Shown one piece after another: positions 37,384 to 46,520 of a DNA stretch of 64,000 nucleotides. This DNA is from a virus. The translations under genes were made by a program, and so were the position numbers. The stretch covers positions 34,408-98,407 of the IMG/VR virus record IMGVR_UViG_3300012944_000024; one strand, given 5' to 3'. How positions within the stretch are numbered: position 1 is the first letter of the stretch; each line of letters starts with the position of its first letter. Under the pieces are notes generated by a model that was not told where the DNA came from, made no database searches, and saw only the letters and a list, made by a program, of their open reading frames with translations.

Positions 37384-38103
37384 TTATGCCGCGGCGGCGA
37401 GCGAGGCGACGTAGGGGAGCGAGCCGAGCGCGTCGGCCCGCATGGTGGCGGTGTCGAATCCGACCCCGGCGATCACGACGTTGTACCTCGTCTGCAGGTA
37501 CGAGGTCCCGCGGGTCGCGACGCGCCGGTCGCCGAGGTCGCTCGCGTAGCAATCGAAACCCGGCAGGTCGTAGAGGTCGAGCGCGTGGAGCGGGACCTGA
37601 AAGCCCACGTACAGCATCGCCCGCCACCCCGCCGCCCTCACCGTCGCCTGCCAGTCGATCGCGAACTTCGTCGCCGCCTGCGGGGTGTCGTCGATGTTCT
37701 CGAAGTCGAGGACGATGTGAGAGCCCTGCGGGTAGCCCACCATGAGCGCGTGGTCCACCGCGGCCTCGGCGTCCTCGACCCCCGAGTGGTGCGAGGGGCG
37801 CCACCCCGTGAATCCCGGCTCGGGCGAACGGACGTGCTGGAAAAGCAGGCACTGCCCGACGAGGTCGCAGATCCGCGCAAGCTCCTCGGCCCCGATGTCG
37901 CCCGCGCTGCGGTTGCGAGGCAATGGGACGTACCGCCCGACCCCGACCTTGCCCTCCGCGCGCAGCGCCGAGAGCACCGCGGCCGAGCAGCCCTGGTTGG
38001 TGTCGATCCATTCGCCGGGCGTGGCGAGCCGCGCCTCAAGCGTCACGATGCGCCTGCGCTTCGCGGTCGGGGTCTCGGGGCGCGTGATGTCGTCATCTCC
38101 CAC
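37384..38103 (-). CDS. Endolysin, DUF1906/GH25-like glycoside hydrolase
   Basis: VGRYV, IVLDFE, AGWRAMLY TIM-barrel motifs. Confidence 0.75.
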   Translation of the reverse strand: MGDDDITRPETPTAKRRRIVTLEARLATPGEWIDTNQGCSAAVLSALRAEGKVGVGRYVPLPRNRSAGDIGAEELARICDLVGQCLLFQHVRSPEPGFTGWRPSHHSGVEDAEAAVDHALMVGYPQGSHIVLDFENIDDTPQAATKFAIDWQATVRAAGWRAMLYVGFQVPLHALDLYDLPGFDCYASDLGDRRVATRGTSYLQTRYNVVIAGVGFDTATMRADALGSLPYVASLAAAA

Positions 38104-38105
38104 TC

Positions 38106-38276
38106 CTACTTCTTAGACGGATCCGCATCACTCGCCGTCCTTTCCACCCAGAGCGAGAAAGGTCTCCGCTCCGTCGGCTTCTTCGAAGCGTCCGGCTCAG
38201 CCGCGACGAACCCCTTCGCGCCCGGCCTCGCTTTGAATCGGCCCTCCCGCTTGCGGTGCTGATCTCGCCAGTCCAC
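38106..38276 (-). CDS. 56-aa basic protein
   Basis: Own translation MDWRDQHRKREGRFKARPGAKGFVAAE...PFSLWVER; fills the gap exactly. Confidence 0.45.
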   Translation of the reverse strand: MDWRDQHRKREGRFKARPGAKGFVAAEPDASKKPTERRPFSLWVERTASDADPSKK

Positions 38277-38279
38277 CGC

Positions 38280-38549
38280 TCAAGGCTGGCACGTCACGTT
38301 GCACGCCGCCAAGCCCGCGAGGTTCGCGGCGCCGAGCACGCAGGTCGGATCGGCCCGGAACTTGGTCGGCAGCGAGAAGGCTGAGGCGCAATTCGGATCG
38401 CTGCCGAGCGGGCAGCCGAGATCGCGCAGGTGCTGGCACGCCATCTGCGCGGCGGGCAGCGGGGCCGCGTCGCTCGCGTCGATCGGGACCGGCACGATCG
38501 CCGGCGGGGTGCAGCCGGCGACGAGGGCGAGCAGCAAAAGGATGCGCAT
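38280..38549 (-). CDS. Small Cys-rich lipoprotein (o-spanin candidate)
   Basis: MRILLLLALVAG-C lipobox; within the lysis cluster. Confidence 0.65.
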   Translation of the reverse strand: MRILLLLALVAGCTPPAIVPVPIDASDAAPLPAAQMACQHLRDLGCPLGSDPNCASAFSLPTKFRADPTCVLGAANLAGLAACNVTCQP

Positions 38550-39457
38550 CAGGAGACCTCTTGCTCGGGCAGGGGGTTGAGCAGATCGCGGTGCGCGGCG
38601 GAGAGCGAGAAGTCCGGCGCGATGGTGACGACGAGGAAGTCCGACGAGCCGAACTTGCCGCTCGCGGTGATGACGGAGTCGTCGAGCCACACGTACCCGC
38701 CGAAGCCGAACGAGACCCCCCACGACCCCGCGTTGAGCCACTGGCGCCGGCCCGCGACGGTCCGGAACCCCACGAGCGTGATGTCGTGGCCCCCGTAGCT
38801 CTTGCCGTTGGCGGGAATGGCGACGACGGGCGTCTCGGAGCTGCAGCTCTCGTACGCGTCGCCCACCGCGATCGCCATCGAGATGGCGTGGTTGGCGAGG
38901 AGGGCGGAGGCGCAGTCGTCGCTCCTCTGTTGGCCCTCGGAATCGATCTGGTACGCGCCCGTCACCTTCATCGCGATCGCGCGCGCGATCACGTCGACCG
39001 GCAGGGGGGTGTTGATCTTCCCGTCGTCGGCAGGCCAATCGCGCTCGAGCGGCACGCCGATGTCGTTGGTGAGGGCGCGCAGCGCCAAGCCCGGCACGCT
39101 GCCCTCGTCGAAGAGGACGCCCGTTCCCTCTTCCTCGCGCGCCAAGGCGTAGATCCCCTCCTCGCTCGGGTAGGGCATCGGGCCCGGGTTGGGCCGACCG
39201 TACTTCTGCACCTGCGCCTGCACGTGGCAGATGCGCGCGAGGCTCATCCCCACGCACTTGGAGGTCTGGCCCTGGTCGCGGATGCGGTCGACGTAGCCCG
39301 AGAGGTCGGCCGCCTGCGCGAGCCGCACCCGCGTGGCGCCGAAGAGGTGGCGCGTCGAGAAGACGTTCGGAGGCAGGGGGCCGACCTTGTGGCCCATCGA
39401 GTAGCCCCGGTTCGGCGTCACGAGCAGCGGGGCGGGGAGGATGATCTCAGCCGTCAT
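38549..39457 (-). CDS. Papain-family (C1) cysteine peptidase
   Basis: IRDQGQTSKC, GGHDITLVGF, SWG..FG..GYVWL. Confidence 0.85.
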   Translation of the reverse strand: MTAEIILPAPLLVTPNRGYSMGHKVGPLPPNVFSTRHLFGATRVRLAQAADLSGYVDRIRDQGQTSKCVGMSLARICHVQAQVQKYGRPNPGPMPYPSEEGIYALAREEEGTGVLFDEGSVPGLALRALTNDIGVPLERDWPADDGKINTPLPVDVIARAIAMKVTGAYQIDSEGQQRSDDCASALLANHAISMAIAVGDAYESCSSETPVVAIPANGKSYGGHDITLVGFRTVAGRRQWLNAGSWGVSFGFGGYVWLDDSVITASGKFGSSDFLVVTIAPDFSLSAAHRDLLNPLPEQEVS

Positions 39458-39498
39458 GGTGGCGCGATCCTACGGGCGCGGGGGCGCGGCTCGCAACC

Positions 39499-40974
39499 TC
39501 AGTTGCAGAGCACCGCCCCGCTCGTCTGCTGCAGGCACCCGATGGTCGCACCGAAGGCGGTGTCGAGGTTGGCGGGGGTCGCCACCACCGGCGTGGTGAA
39601 GTTCTGGTAGCCCGTCGTGGTCGTCGTGTTGCCGACCCAGAAGAGCGTCCCGCTCTTCTGCAGGAACGTCGCCGCCGCCTTGCCCGCGCCGTTCTTGTAC
39701 ACCACCACCCCGTTGGGCAGGATCCCCAGGCTCCCGTTGCCCCAGAGGACCGGCTGGTTGGCGTTGTAGAGGCTCTGCAGCAGGTACAGGTTCGACCCCG
39801 GGTAGACGAGGATCCCTTCTGCCCTATCCAGGTAAATCTGACCCCAGAAGTTGTTGATCGAGCCTGGATACAAGCCAGGGGTCTGGCCGAAGATGGTATC
39901 GCCGTCGACCTGGCATCCGCCGCACGCGAGCGTGTTCTGCGCGCCCGTCGTCGGCTCTCCGAAGAGTCCGCCGAGCACATAGTTCTGCTGGCCACCGAAG
40001 CCCGCCGTCGAGTTGTTGAAGTCGACGCCCGCATGGGGTGCGCTGATGTTGTCGAGCACGGAGATCCCGTTGCTGCCCGGCACGATCTGCAGGTTGGAGA
40101 CGATCGCGTCCTCGACGAACGAGATTCCGTTGTTGGCGTTGACGCTGTCGGCGACGTTGTTGCCGATGGTGCAGTTGCGGATGAAGGTATTAGGGGCCGG
40201 GGAGTTGCCCCCTACGGTCGCGTAGACGTAGTCGTGCGCCTTGTTGAGCAGGATCGTCGGCGGCTGGTAGACCGTCACGGTGTCGCCAGACGCGATCACA
40301 ACCTCCGCGGCCGGGAAGGTGGTGGGCACGACGCCCAGTAGCGGCTGGGAGAAGGCCCACACGTCCCCGCTGCCCGGAGCGGCCCCGCTCGTCGTGACGT
40401 CGTAGTAGGGCCAGAAGTAGCTCGCGTGGGTGGTGTCGAAGATCAGCTCGTTGTAGGCGAGCGTCGTACCGATGGCGGCCTGATTCAGGCCGCTCGCGAA
40501 GACTCCGGAGCTGACTCCCGATCTTCCCGACCCAGTGAGCCCCGCGGTGAAGCTGCTCAGCGTCCCGGTGAAGACCGTGTTGGAGGTCCCCAGGATGCAG
40601 TTGATCAGGACGCCCGTCACCCCCGGGCCCGTCGACCACGCGAAGTCCATCGTCTCGTCGACGTCGGAGCTGAGGATGGAGATCGTCGCGTTGGCGAAGC
40701 CGTTGCCGGTGGCGAACCGCGGGCACGTCCCCCCCGCCCCGCACCCCCAACGATTCACGTAGAGCTCACTCCAGTTCTTGAGCGGTCCGTGCCTCGACCC
40801 CCCGCCCGCGCATCCGCAGATGTTGCCGTCATTGGCGTCGCTCGCGCACCCGCTCACGTTGCCGTGGTCGATGCAGTAGGCGACGCGGTACCAGTTCGGG
40901 TTGCGCGCCTCGGCCCCGAGAAACGACAGGCACGCGATGCAGAGGAGGACAGCGAGGCTCGTCTTTTTCATCAT
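39499..40974 (-). CDS. Secreted-type beta-helix/fibre protein
   Basis: MMKKTSLAVLLCIACLSFLGAEA signal peptide; ASDANDG...PLKNWSEL motif; N/G-rich beta repeats. Confidence 0.65.
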   Translation of the reverse strand: MMKKTSLAVLLCIACLSFLGAEARNPNWYRVAYCIDHGNVSGCASDANDGNICGCAGGGSRHGPLKNWSELYVNRWGCGAGGTCPRFATGNGFANATISILSSDVDETMDFAWSTGPGVTGVLINCILGTSNTVFTGTLSSFTAGLTGSGRSGVSSGVFASGLNQAAIGTTLAYNELIFDTTHASYFWPYYDVTTSGAAPGSGDVWAFSQPLLGVVPTTFPAAEVVIASGDTVTVYQPPTILLNKAHDYVYATVGGNSPAPNTFIRNCTIGNNVADSVNANNGISFVEDAIVSNLQIVPGSNGISVLDNISAPHAGVDFNNSTAGFGGQQNYVLGGLFGEPTTGAQNTLACGGCQVDGDTIFGQTPGLYPGSINNFWGQIYLDRAEGILVYPGSNLYLLQSLYNANQPVLWGNGSLGILPNGVVVYKNGAGKAAATFLQKSGTLFWVGNTTTTTGYQNFTTPVVATPANLDTAFGATIGCLQQTSGAVLCN

Positions 40975-41702
40975 GGTCCAACCCAGTAGTCCGCGGCCAC
41001 CGTGACGTTGATCGGGTGGGTGTCGTTGTTGCCGTTGCCATCGACGACCGCCACCACGTTGGTCCCCGAGGGCGCGTCCTGCACCGACAGGGCGAGCTGG
41101 CCCACCGCGCCCATCGCGGGCGCCCCCAGCGGGTCGCCATCGGGGTAGGCGACCGCGGTGATCGTGACAACCCCGCTGATGTTCTTCGCCGCCACCACCA
41201 TCACCTGCGACCAGTCGTCGCCGACCGCCAACCCCCCCTGCGCCGCCGTGCACCGGGCCGACGCGGTCACGCGGAAGCGGTAGCCGCGGTTGGCGGTCGC
41301 GCACGGCAGGTTGTAGGCGAACTGGTCGCCCGCCAGGTGCAGCGTCCCGCTCGCCGGAGCCACGCCGAGCGAGCCCGATGGGCCCGCGCCGGTCGGTCCC
41401 GCGGGGATGGCGGCGATGATGTCCGCTTCGAACTGCGCGAGCGCCCCCGCCGTCAGCGACTGGTAGACGAGCGCGTTGACCGCGTGGGATGCCGCGCTCG
41501 TCGCCTCCTGCGCGCGCGTGACCGTCACGGTCGGGCCCGTGCGGGCGGTCGCGATCATGATCTCCGAGTCGATGAGGAGCCGGAAGGTCCCGGTCGACGG
41601 CAGCCCCGCGTACCCGCCCGCGAGCACCACGGTCGCGTCGCCCATCCCGCAAGGCGCCGCGAGCACCAGGGGGCTCTGTTGGTTCGCGAATTGTTCCGTC
41701 AT
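40971..41702 (-). CDS. Putative fibre/virion protein
   Basis: IDSEIM...TVTRAQEATSAASH motif; C-terminal domain shared with the two large fibres. Confidence 0.65.
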   Translation of the reverse strand: MTEQFANQQSPLVLAAPCGMGDATVVLAGGYAGLPSTGTFRLLIDSEIMIATARTGPTVTVTRAQEATSAASHAVNALVYQSLTAGALAQFEADIIAAIPAGPTGAGPSGSLGVAPASGTLHLAGDQFAYNLPCATANRGYRFRVTASARCTAAQGGLAVGDDWSQVMVVAAKNISGVVTITAVAYPDGDPLGAPAMGAVGQLALSVQDAPSGTNVVAVVDGNGNNDTHPINVTVAADYWVGP

Positions 41703-41756
41703 CGCTCGCCCCTCATGACGCGGAGCCTACACGCGCTCGACCCCTGCCGATTACTT

Positions 41757-41972
41757 CTAGCCGCCTCGTCGACGCAGCTCGCGCAGCGCGGCGAGGGAGG
41801 GATGGGAGCTGCCAAGCTCCTCCTTCGTGAGCAAGACGGTCTGGGCGATCGCGCCTTGCGCGCCGGGCGTGAAGGGAAAGGGGACCGGAGGCGCAGGGGT
41901 GGTGTCGACGAACCCCAGGACCATCGAGAGCCCGAGCGTGCTGGTGGGGGTGGCGAGTGTGGATCCGACCAT
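41757..41972 (-). CDS. Small hypothetical protein
   Basis: TGATG overlap with the upstream fibre gene. Confidence 0.45.
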   Translation of the reverse strand: MVGSTLATPTSTLGLSMVLGFVDTTPAPPVPFPFTPGAQGAIAQTVLLTKEELGSSHPSLAALRELRRRGG

Positions 41973-43729
41973 CAGTTCACCACCACGTGGAACTCGGTCA
42001 GGCAGTCGACGGTGGCCGAGGCCACGTTGGCCACCTGGATGAGCAGGCTGGCCCCGCTGCTGGTCGCCGTCACCGCCGTCCCGCTCATGCTCGTGTCGGT
42101 GTCGGTGTCGAGCGCGGTCAGGGTGCCGACGATCGTGATGGTCCCGCCGATGTTGCGGTAGCTCGCGGTGCGCTTGCTCGCCCACGTGTCGCCGATCGCC
42201 CCCGCGGTCGGGGCGGTGATCGCGCGGCACGTCGTGTCGGCTGAGAAGTGACCGCTCGTCGCGGTCGCGGTCGCGTACGAGTAGACCGTCGTCGGGGTGG
42301 CGTCGGAGACGGTGCGCAGGGCGCCAGTGTCGGTGAGGACGAGGCCCGCCTGGCTGTTGACCGTCCCGGTCCCCACGGCGGCGAACTGGGTCGTCGCCCC
42401 CCCGCTCCCGCGCCACCTCGCCGCACCGGCGGACGAATAAAGGATCGCACCGCTGGCCGGGTTGGTGGTGGGGGCGGTGGTCGCGTCGTGGATCCCGATG
42501 ACCCCCGACCCCCCTCCGATCGAGAAGGTTCCCGACACCCCGCCGAAGAACTCCGCGTTGTGCGTGGACCCGTTCACCCCGAATTCGCGAATACCCGCGG
42601 CGGGCGCGAGGTAGTTGATGGCGGCGACCTTGCCGAAGTCGACCACGCCGGTGCCGGCAAAGAACTCCGCGACCGTGGTCGTATCCACCGCGATGTTGGT
42701 CGGACCGAGCCAAAACCCCCAGGTGGCCGCGCTAGTTCCTGTGAAGGCTCCGATCGCGGCGAGCCGCGTCGAGCTCGCGCGCGACAGGACGAACTGCGCT
42801 TCGGCCCCGGTCGACACCGGCGCGGCGAGCGCCACGACGAGCGAGCCCGGGGTGCCGGTCGCGGTAGAGGCGGCCCCGGCCCCGGGGGCCTGCGGGGTGA
42901 GGGTGAAACTACTCGGGTTGCTGCCGTTGGCCTGCTGCACCTGCGAGAGGCTGGGCGCCGCCCCCTGCACCCACTGCAGGTTGTTGGGGGTGACCGGGAT
43001 CGGCGAGGTCCCGCCGATCGCCCCGACCGTGTAGGCCCCCGGGGTGGAGGTCGAGCACGACACGTCCCCGCTGCACGAGGTCCACGCGCTGCCCGTCGCG
43101 CCCGAGTTTTCGACGAGCAGCTGCCCCGCCGTAGGAGTCGTCGCGCTGACCGCGTTGCCCTGGACCTTCGCGACCACGGCCGCCCCGGTCGTGCCGGTCA
43201 CGTCCCCGCCCATCGCCTGCGCGGCCTGGTTGCCCGTGGGCAGGGTGCCGGTGATCGATCCAGCTCCCCCCGCGAGGTTCACCGCCCCGGGCGCCCACGA
43301 GCTCCCGCCCCAGAGGACCGCGTTGCCCGTGCTGGGCGCGGTCGAGAGCAGCGAGCGCCCCTGCAGCCCGACGACCGTCTGCGAGGACGAGGTGCCCGAG
43401 AGGTCGCCCGCCGCGGTGAACCCGCTCGACGCCGCGCTCCACGAGTACGCCGAGCCCGACCACTGCAGGTTCGTGTTGGTCCCCGTCGGCCCGGGCACCG
43501 CGTGCCCCTGCAGCCCCGTGACGGTCGGGGCCGGGTAGGAGCCGCCGAGGTCGCCCGTCGCCGTCCCGACCGGGTAGGCGAATGGGTAGGAGGCCCCGAG
43601 CCTCGCGCCCGCATCGGAGAGCCCCGCGTCGACCGGCGCCCCGCCCCCCTTGCACCCACCCGCCGCGACCAGCGCGACGGTGAGCGCGACGGCCAGCGCG
43701 GAGATCCGTTTACTCGAGTAGGTAGCCAC
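41972..43729 (-). CDS. Fibre-like protein with lipoprotein signal peptide
   Basis: KRISALAVALTVALVAAGG-C; GDLGGSYPAPTV/GDLSGT/GDVTGT fibre repeats. Confidence 0.75.
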   Translation of the reverse strand: MATYSSKRISALAVALTVALVAAGGCKGGGAPVDAGLSDAGARLGASYPFAYPVGTATGDLGGSYPAPTVTGLQGHAVPGPTGTNTNLQWSGSAYSWSAASSGFTAAGDLSGTSSSQTVVGLQGRSLLSTAPSTGNAVLWGGSSWAPGAVNLAGGAGSITGTLPTGNQAAQAMGGDVTGTTGAAVVAKVQGNAVSATTPTAGQLLVENSGATGSAWTSCSGDVSCSTSTPGAYTVGAIGGTSPIPVTPNNLQWVQGAAPSLSQVQQANGSNPSSFTLTPQAPGAGAASTATGTPGSLVVALAAPVSTGAEAQFVLSRASSTRLAAIGAFTGTSAATWGFWLGPTNIAVDTTTVAEFFAGTGVVDFGKVAAINYLAPAAGIREFGVNGSTHNAEFFGGVSGTFSIGGGSGVIGIHDATTAPTTNPASGAILYSSAGAARWRGSGGATTQFAAVGTGTVNSQAGLVLTDTGALRTVSDATPTTVYSYATATATSGHFSADTTCRAITAPTAGAIGDTWASKRTASYRNIGGTITIVGTLTALDTDTDTSMSGTAVTATSSGASLLIQVANVASATVDCLTEFHVVVN

Positions 43730-44321
43730 CGGCGCTCCCTCCGTTGATCCAGGTCAGCGAGACCCCGGCGCTCTGCGCCCCGGCGATCACGTAGTTCGCG
43801 GCAAACGCCGCGTTGTTCGGGGCGGGCTGCTCGAGCTGCACCCCAGCCGGACCGTTGGTGGTGATGGTGTGCGAGGCGAGTGAGGTGGAGGCGTCGTGCT
43901 GGACCGTGCACGCCTGCCCTGACGCGAGGACCGGGAGGTTGACGACCACGTTGCCCGGCCCCGTGTCGCACACGACCGTCTCGCCCGCGTTGGCGTTGTA
44001 GGGGGACGCGTGCGCCCCTCCCGTCCCATCCGCGTTCACTCGCACCACCACCGCGACCGCCGGGCCCGGGACGACCGGGACGGGGATCTGCACGATCGCG
44101 CGCGCCTGATCGAGCGGCAGGCCCTGGCCGCGCAAGCGCTGCTTGGTCGCCGCGGCGGCCTGCGCGACCGCCGCGCCCGCGTAGGGGACCAGGACCCCAC
44201 CCGCCGCGAGGATCCGCGCGATGTTCTGGTTCAGATCGTCGACCACCTTGCCCGCGGGCAGGCGGACCATCTGCCCACCCTGCGACATCGAGACCTCGTT
44301 GCTCAGGACGTACTTGGCCAC
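43710..44321 (-). CDS. Putative virion protein; N-terminal domain paralogous to 26534-27175
   Basis: Shared N-terminal domain; C-terminal YNANAGETVVCDT...VVNLP fibre-tip-like motif. Confidence 0.65.
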   Translation of the reverse strand: MAKYVLSNEVSMSQGGQMVRLPAGKVVDDLNQNIARILAAGGVLVPYAGAAVAQAAAATKQRLRGQGLPLDQARAIVQIPVPVVPGPAVAVVVRVNADGTGGAHASPYNANAGETVVCDTGPGNVVVNLPVLASGQACTVQHDASTSLASHTITTNGPAGVQLEQPAPNNAAFAANYVIAGAQSAGVSLTWINGGSAGGYLLE

Positions 44322-44322
44322 G

Positions 44323-44793
44323 TCATCCCCCTATCGAATTGGTGACGTCGGGCTCGACCTCGATCTCCCCGACCTCGACGGTGAAGATGTTCCCCGCCCC
44401 ATCCTTGCCCTGCACGTCGTAGACGAGGCGCACGCGCCCATCCGGGAACCCGCGCGTCGCGATCGGCGGGATCGAGACCTGCGCCTGCCCGGCGGTCGCG
44501 ACCAGCAGGGCGAGCGACCCGCCCGCCGGCACGCTCGAGGGCGCGGTCGTGACCTGCGCGACCGCCAGCGGGTCGGGGTCGGAGACGGTCCGCTTGATCG
44601 TGCACCAGAGAAACCAGCCCGTGAGGTCCTGCGGGGCCATCGAGCCCCCCGGGGTCGTCTTGACCACCTGGACCGGGAAGATGAGCGAGTCGCCTCGGCG
44701 CATCCGGCGCCGGCGCGGACCGAAGCGCCGGCAGCACGGGTCTCGCCCGTCCTCCTCTTCCTCGAACCCGTCGTCTCGGTCCAGGCACCTCAC
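44323..44793 (-). CDS. BppU N-terminal-like (Ig-fold) virion protein
   Basis: RRGDS...DLTGW...VSIPP..T...VYDVQ...TVEVGEIEVEPDVT. Confidence 0.65.
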   Translation of the reverse strand: MRCLDRDDGFEEEEDGRDPCCRRFGPRRRRMRRGDSLIFPVQVVKTTPGGSMAPQDLTGWFLWCTIKRTVSDPDPLAVAQVTTAPSSVPAGGSLALLVATAGQAQVSIPPIATRGFPDGRVRLVYDVQGKDGAGNIFTVEVGEIEVEPDVTNSIGG

Positions 44794-45047
44794 CCCGCCA
44801 TCTTGCCCGCCCCACCCCCCTCAGCGCGAAGAACACGGCGCGGTGGCGTACGCGGGGGCATGGGTGAGAGACGTTTCGACCTGGTGGGCGGGGGCGGGAG
44901 ACGTAGCGATTCGCGTCGGCATGCACGGAACCGTCGTCTGGGTCGAAAGGTTCGGGTAGGGGGCGGTGCGGTACGAGGTCTCCATCGCGGGTGATCGCGA
45001 TCCTACCCCGCGATCGCGCCCCCGCGCGCGATCGATCTACCGAGGCT

Positions 45048-45063
45048 GGGAACCCGGGTTCTC
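45048..45063. repeat. Palindrome A (copy 8, one mismatch: GGGAACCCGGGTTCTC)
   Basis: 15/16 match in a long intergenic region. Confidence 0.9.
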
Positions 45064-45388
45064 AGGCCCCACCGTCCGCACCCCAGAGGGCGGTGGGGCC
45101 TGCGGGCGCGCGGGGGGCTGGTCGCTGCTCCACCGATGCGGCTCCCACGGGACGCGCACGGGCTCGCAGGGAGCGGGAGGGGGCGGGATGGCGTGGCGGC
45201 TCACGCGCGCCGCTCGACTTCCACCTCGACCACCCACCCGCGGGCGCGCAGATCGCGCACCGCCACAAACGCCGCCGCGTGCCCCACCGTGCGCACGATC
45301 TTGTACTCGAGCCCTCGCTCCGCCAGCAGCAGGTAGTGATCCATCGACCCTCCGGGGGCGCGCTCGGCGCCCACTGCCAGGCTAGCTA

Positions 45389-45410
45389 GACTGGACATTC
45401 TTGTCTAGTC
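45389..45410. promoter_or_regulatory. Operator-like palindrome family B
   Basis: GACTGGACATTCTTGTCTAGTC in an AT-richer patch at a gene boundary. Confidence 0.55.
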
Positions 45411-45747
45411 CTTCAGGCTATCAACCTCGACACCCCTTTCCCTAGCGGGGCGTACTCCCACGGGCCCGCCGGGACCCCCTTGGCGTCGAGCGCGCGCCAC
45501 CGCAAGACGCCGGCCCGCTCGCTCGCCTCGGCGTGCGTGGTGGTCTCGCGCTCGAGACGGATCGGCGCCCCGCACTCCTCGCACTCGAGCGCCGCGGTGA
45601 GGACCTCCTCCTCGCGCCGGAACGAGAGGGTCACGCGCGCGCACTTGAGCGACTTGGTCACGTGGACGTGCTCGCCCACGACCACGACGCCCAGGTCGCG
45701 CACCGCCGGATCGCGGCGCGGGCCCTTCTCGCGGATCGTCCTCGCTC

Positions 45748-46092
45748 TCAATTCGCCGCCCGCACCTCGGGCTCCTCGAGCCCTGGAAACTGCCGGCGAA
45801 ACTCGACGAGCTTGATCGCCCAGGGGTGGTCGGGGCCGTAGACGCGCTGGATGATCCTGAGCAGATGGGCGGAGTCGATCATCACGTAGAGCGTGTTGGG
45901 CGTCGGGCCGCTCAAGGCGACCAGCGCGGCGACCAGGTGGTTCATCCCATCGTCGACCAGCGCGGCGACCAGGTGGTTCATCCCATCGCGGTAGGTGCGG
46001 TGATCGCGCTGCAGGGTCGCGATGAGCGCGAGCTCCTTGACCGCCCCCTTGAAGAAGAGGCGCAAGCGCAAGCGCAGCGCAAGCGCCGTCAT
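45748..46092 (-). CDS. Hypothetical protein with a tandem 12-aa duplication
   Basis: DGMNHLVAALV twice. Confidence 0.55.
   Translation of the reverse strand: MTALALRLRLRLFFKGAVKELALIATLQRDHRTYRDGMNHLVAALVDDGMNHLVAALVALSGPTPNTLYVMIDSAHLLRIIQRVYGPDHPWAIKLVEFRRQFPGLEEPEVRAAN
45918..45988. repeat. 36-bp tandem duplication
   Basis: CGACCAGCGCGGCGACCAGGTGGTTCATCCCATCG repeated at a 36-nt period. Confidence 0.95.
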
Positions 46093-46520
46093 GGGCGGAG
46101 ATCGCTCGGCTTCGGTTTGTGCGGCTCGACCGTGATGACCCCTTCTGGTTCACCGACCATAGATGGAGCAATCGTGTAAGCGAGCTCGCACGCCTGGGGA
46201 CCATCGATGTTGATGATCGTCCGCTTGTGGGTCGTGTTCCCCGTGAAGATGGTGTCGCACAGATCGGGAGTCGGCTTGATCGGAGCCGCGGTCAGGGTGC
46301 CGTCGCCGGCCCAGACCAGGGTGGCTTTCGAAGTGGGATCCTTGGCGCGTAGTTGCTCGATGATCGCCTCCTGCTTGTAGAGGGTTGCGAGCAGCGGGCG
46401 CGTCTCGGTGAAGTAGCCGGCAACGGCACCTACGATCGTGCAGACGAGTCCCACCCACGCCGTCACCCAAGCGTCGACCTTGTGCGTGACCACGTGCTCG
46501 GTGTCCCGATACTCGTTCAT
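46089..46520 (-). CDS. Single-TM membrane protein
   Basis: AWVTAWVGLVCTIVGAVAGYF TM helix. Confidence 0.6.
   Translation of the reverse strand: MNEYRDTEHVVTHKVDAWVTAWVGLVCTIVGAVAGYFTETRPLLATLYKQEAIIEQLRAKDPTSKATLVWAGDGTLTAAPIKPTPDLCDTIFTGNTTHKRTIINIDGPQACELAYTIAPSMVGEPEGVITVEPHKPKPSDLRP

Noticed and set aside
44794-45200. tRNA or known ncRNA in the long intergenic region
   Set aside because: No cloverleaf or T-arm consensus found by eye; probably a promoter region, but -10/-35 elements could not be supported.
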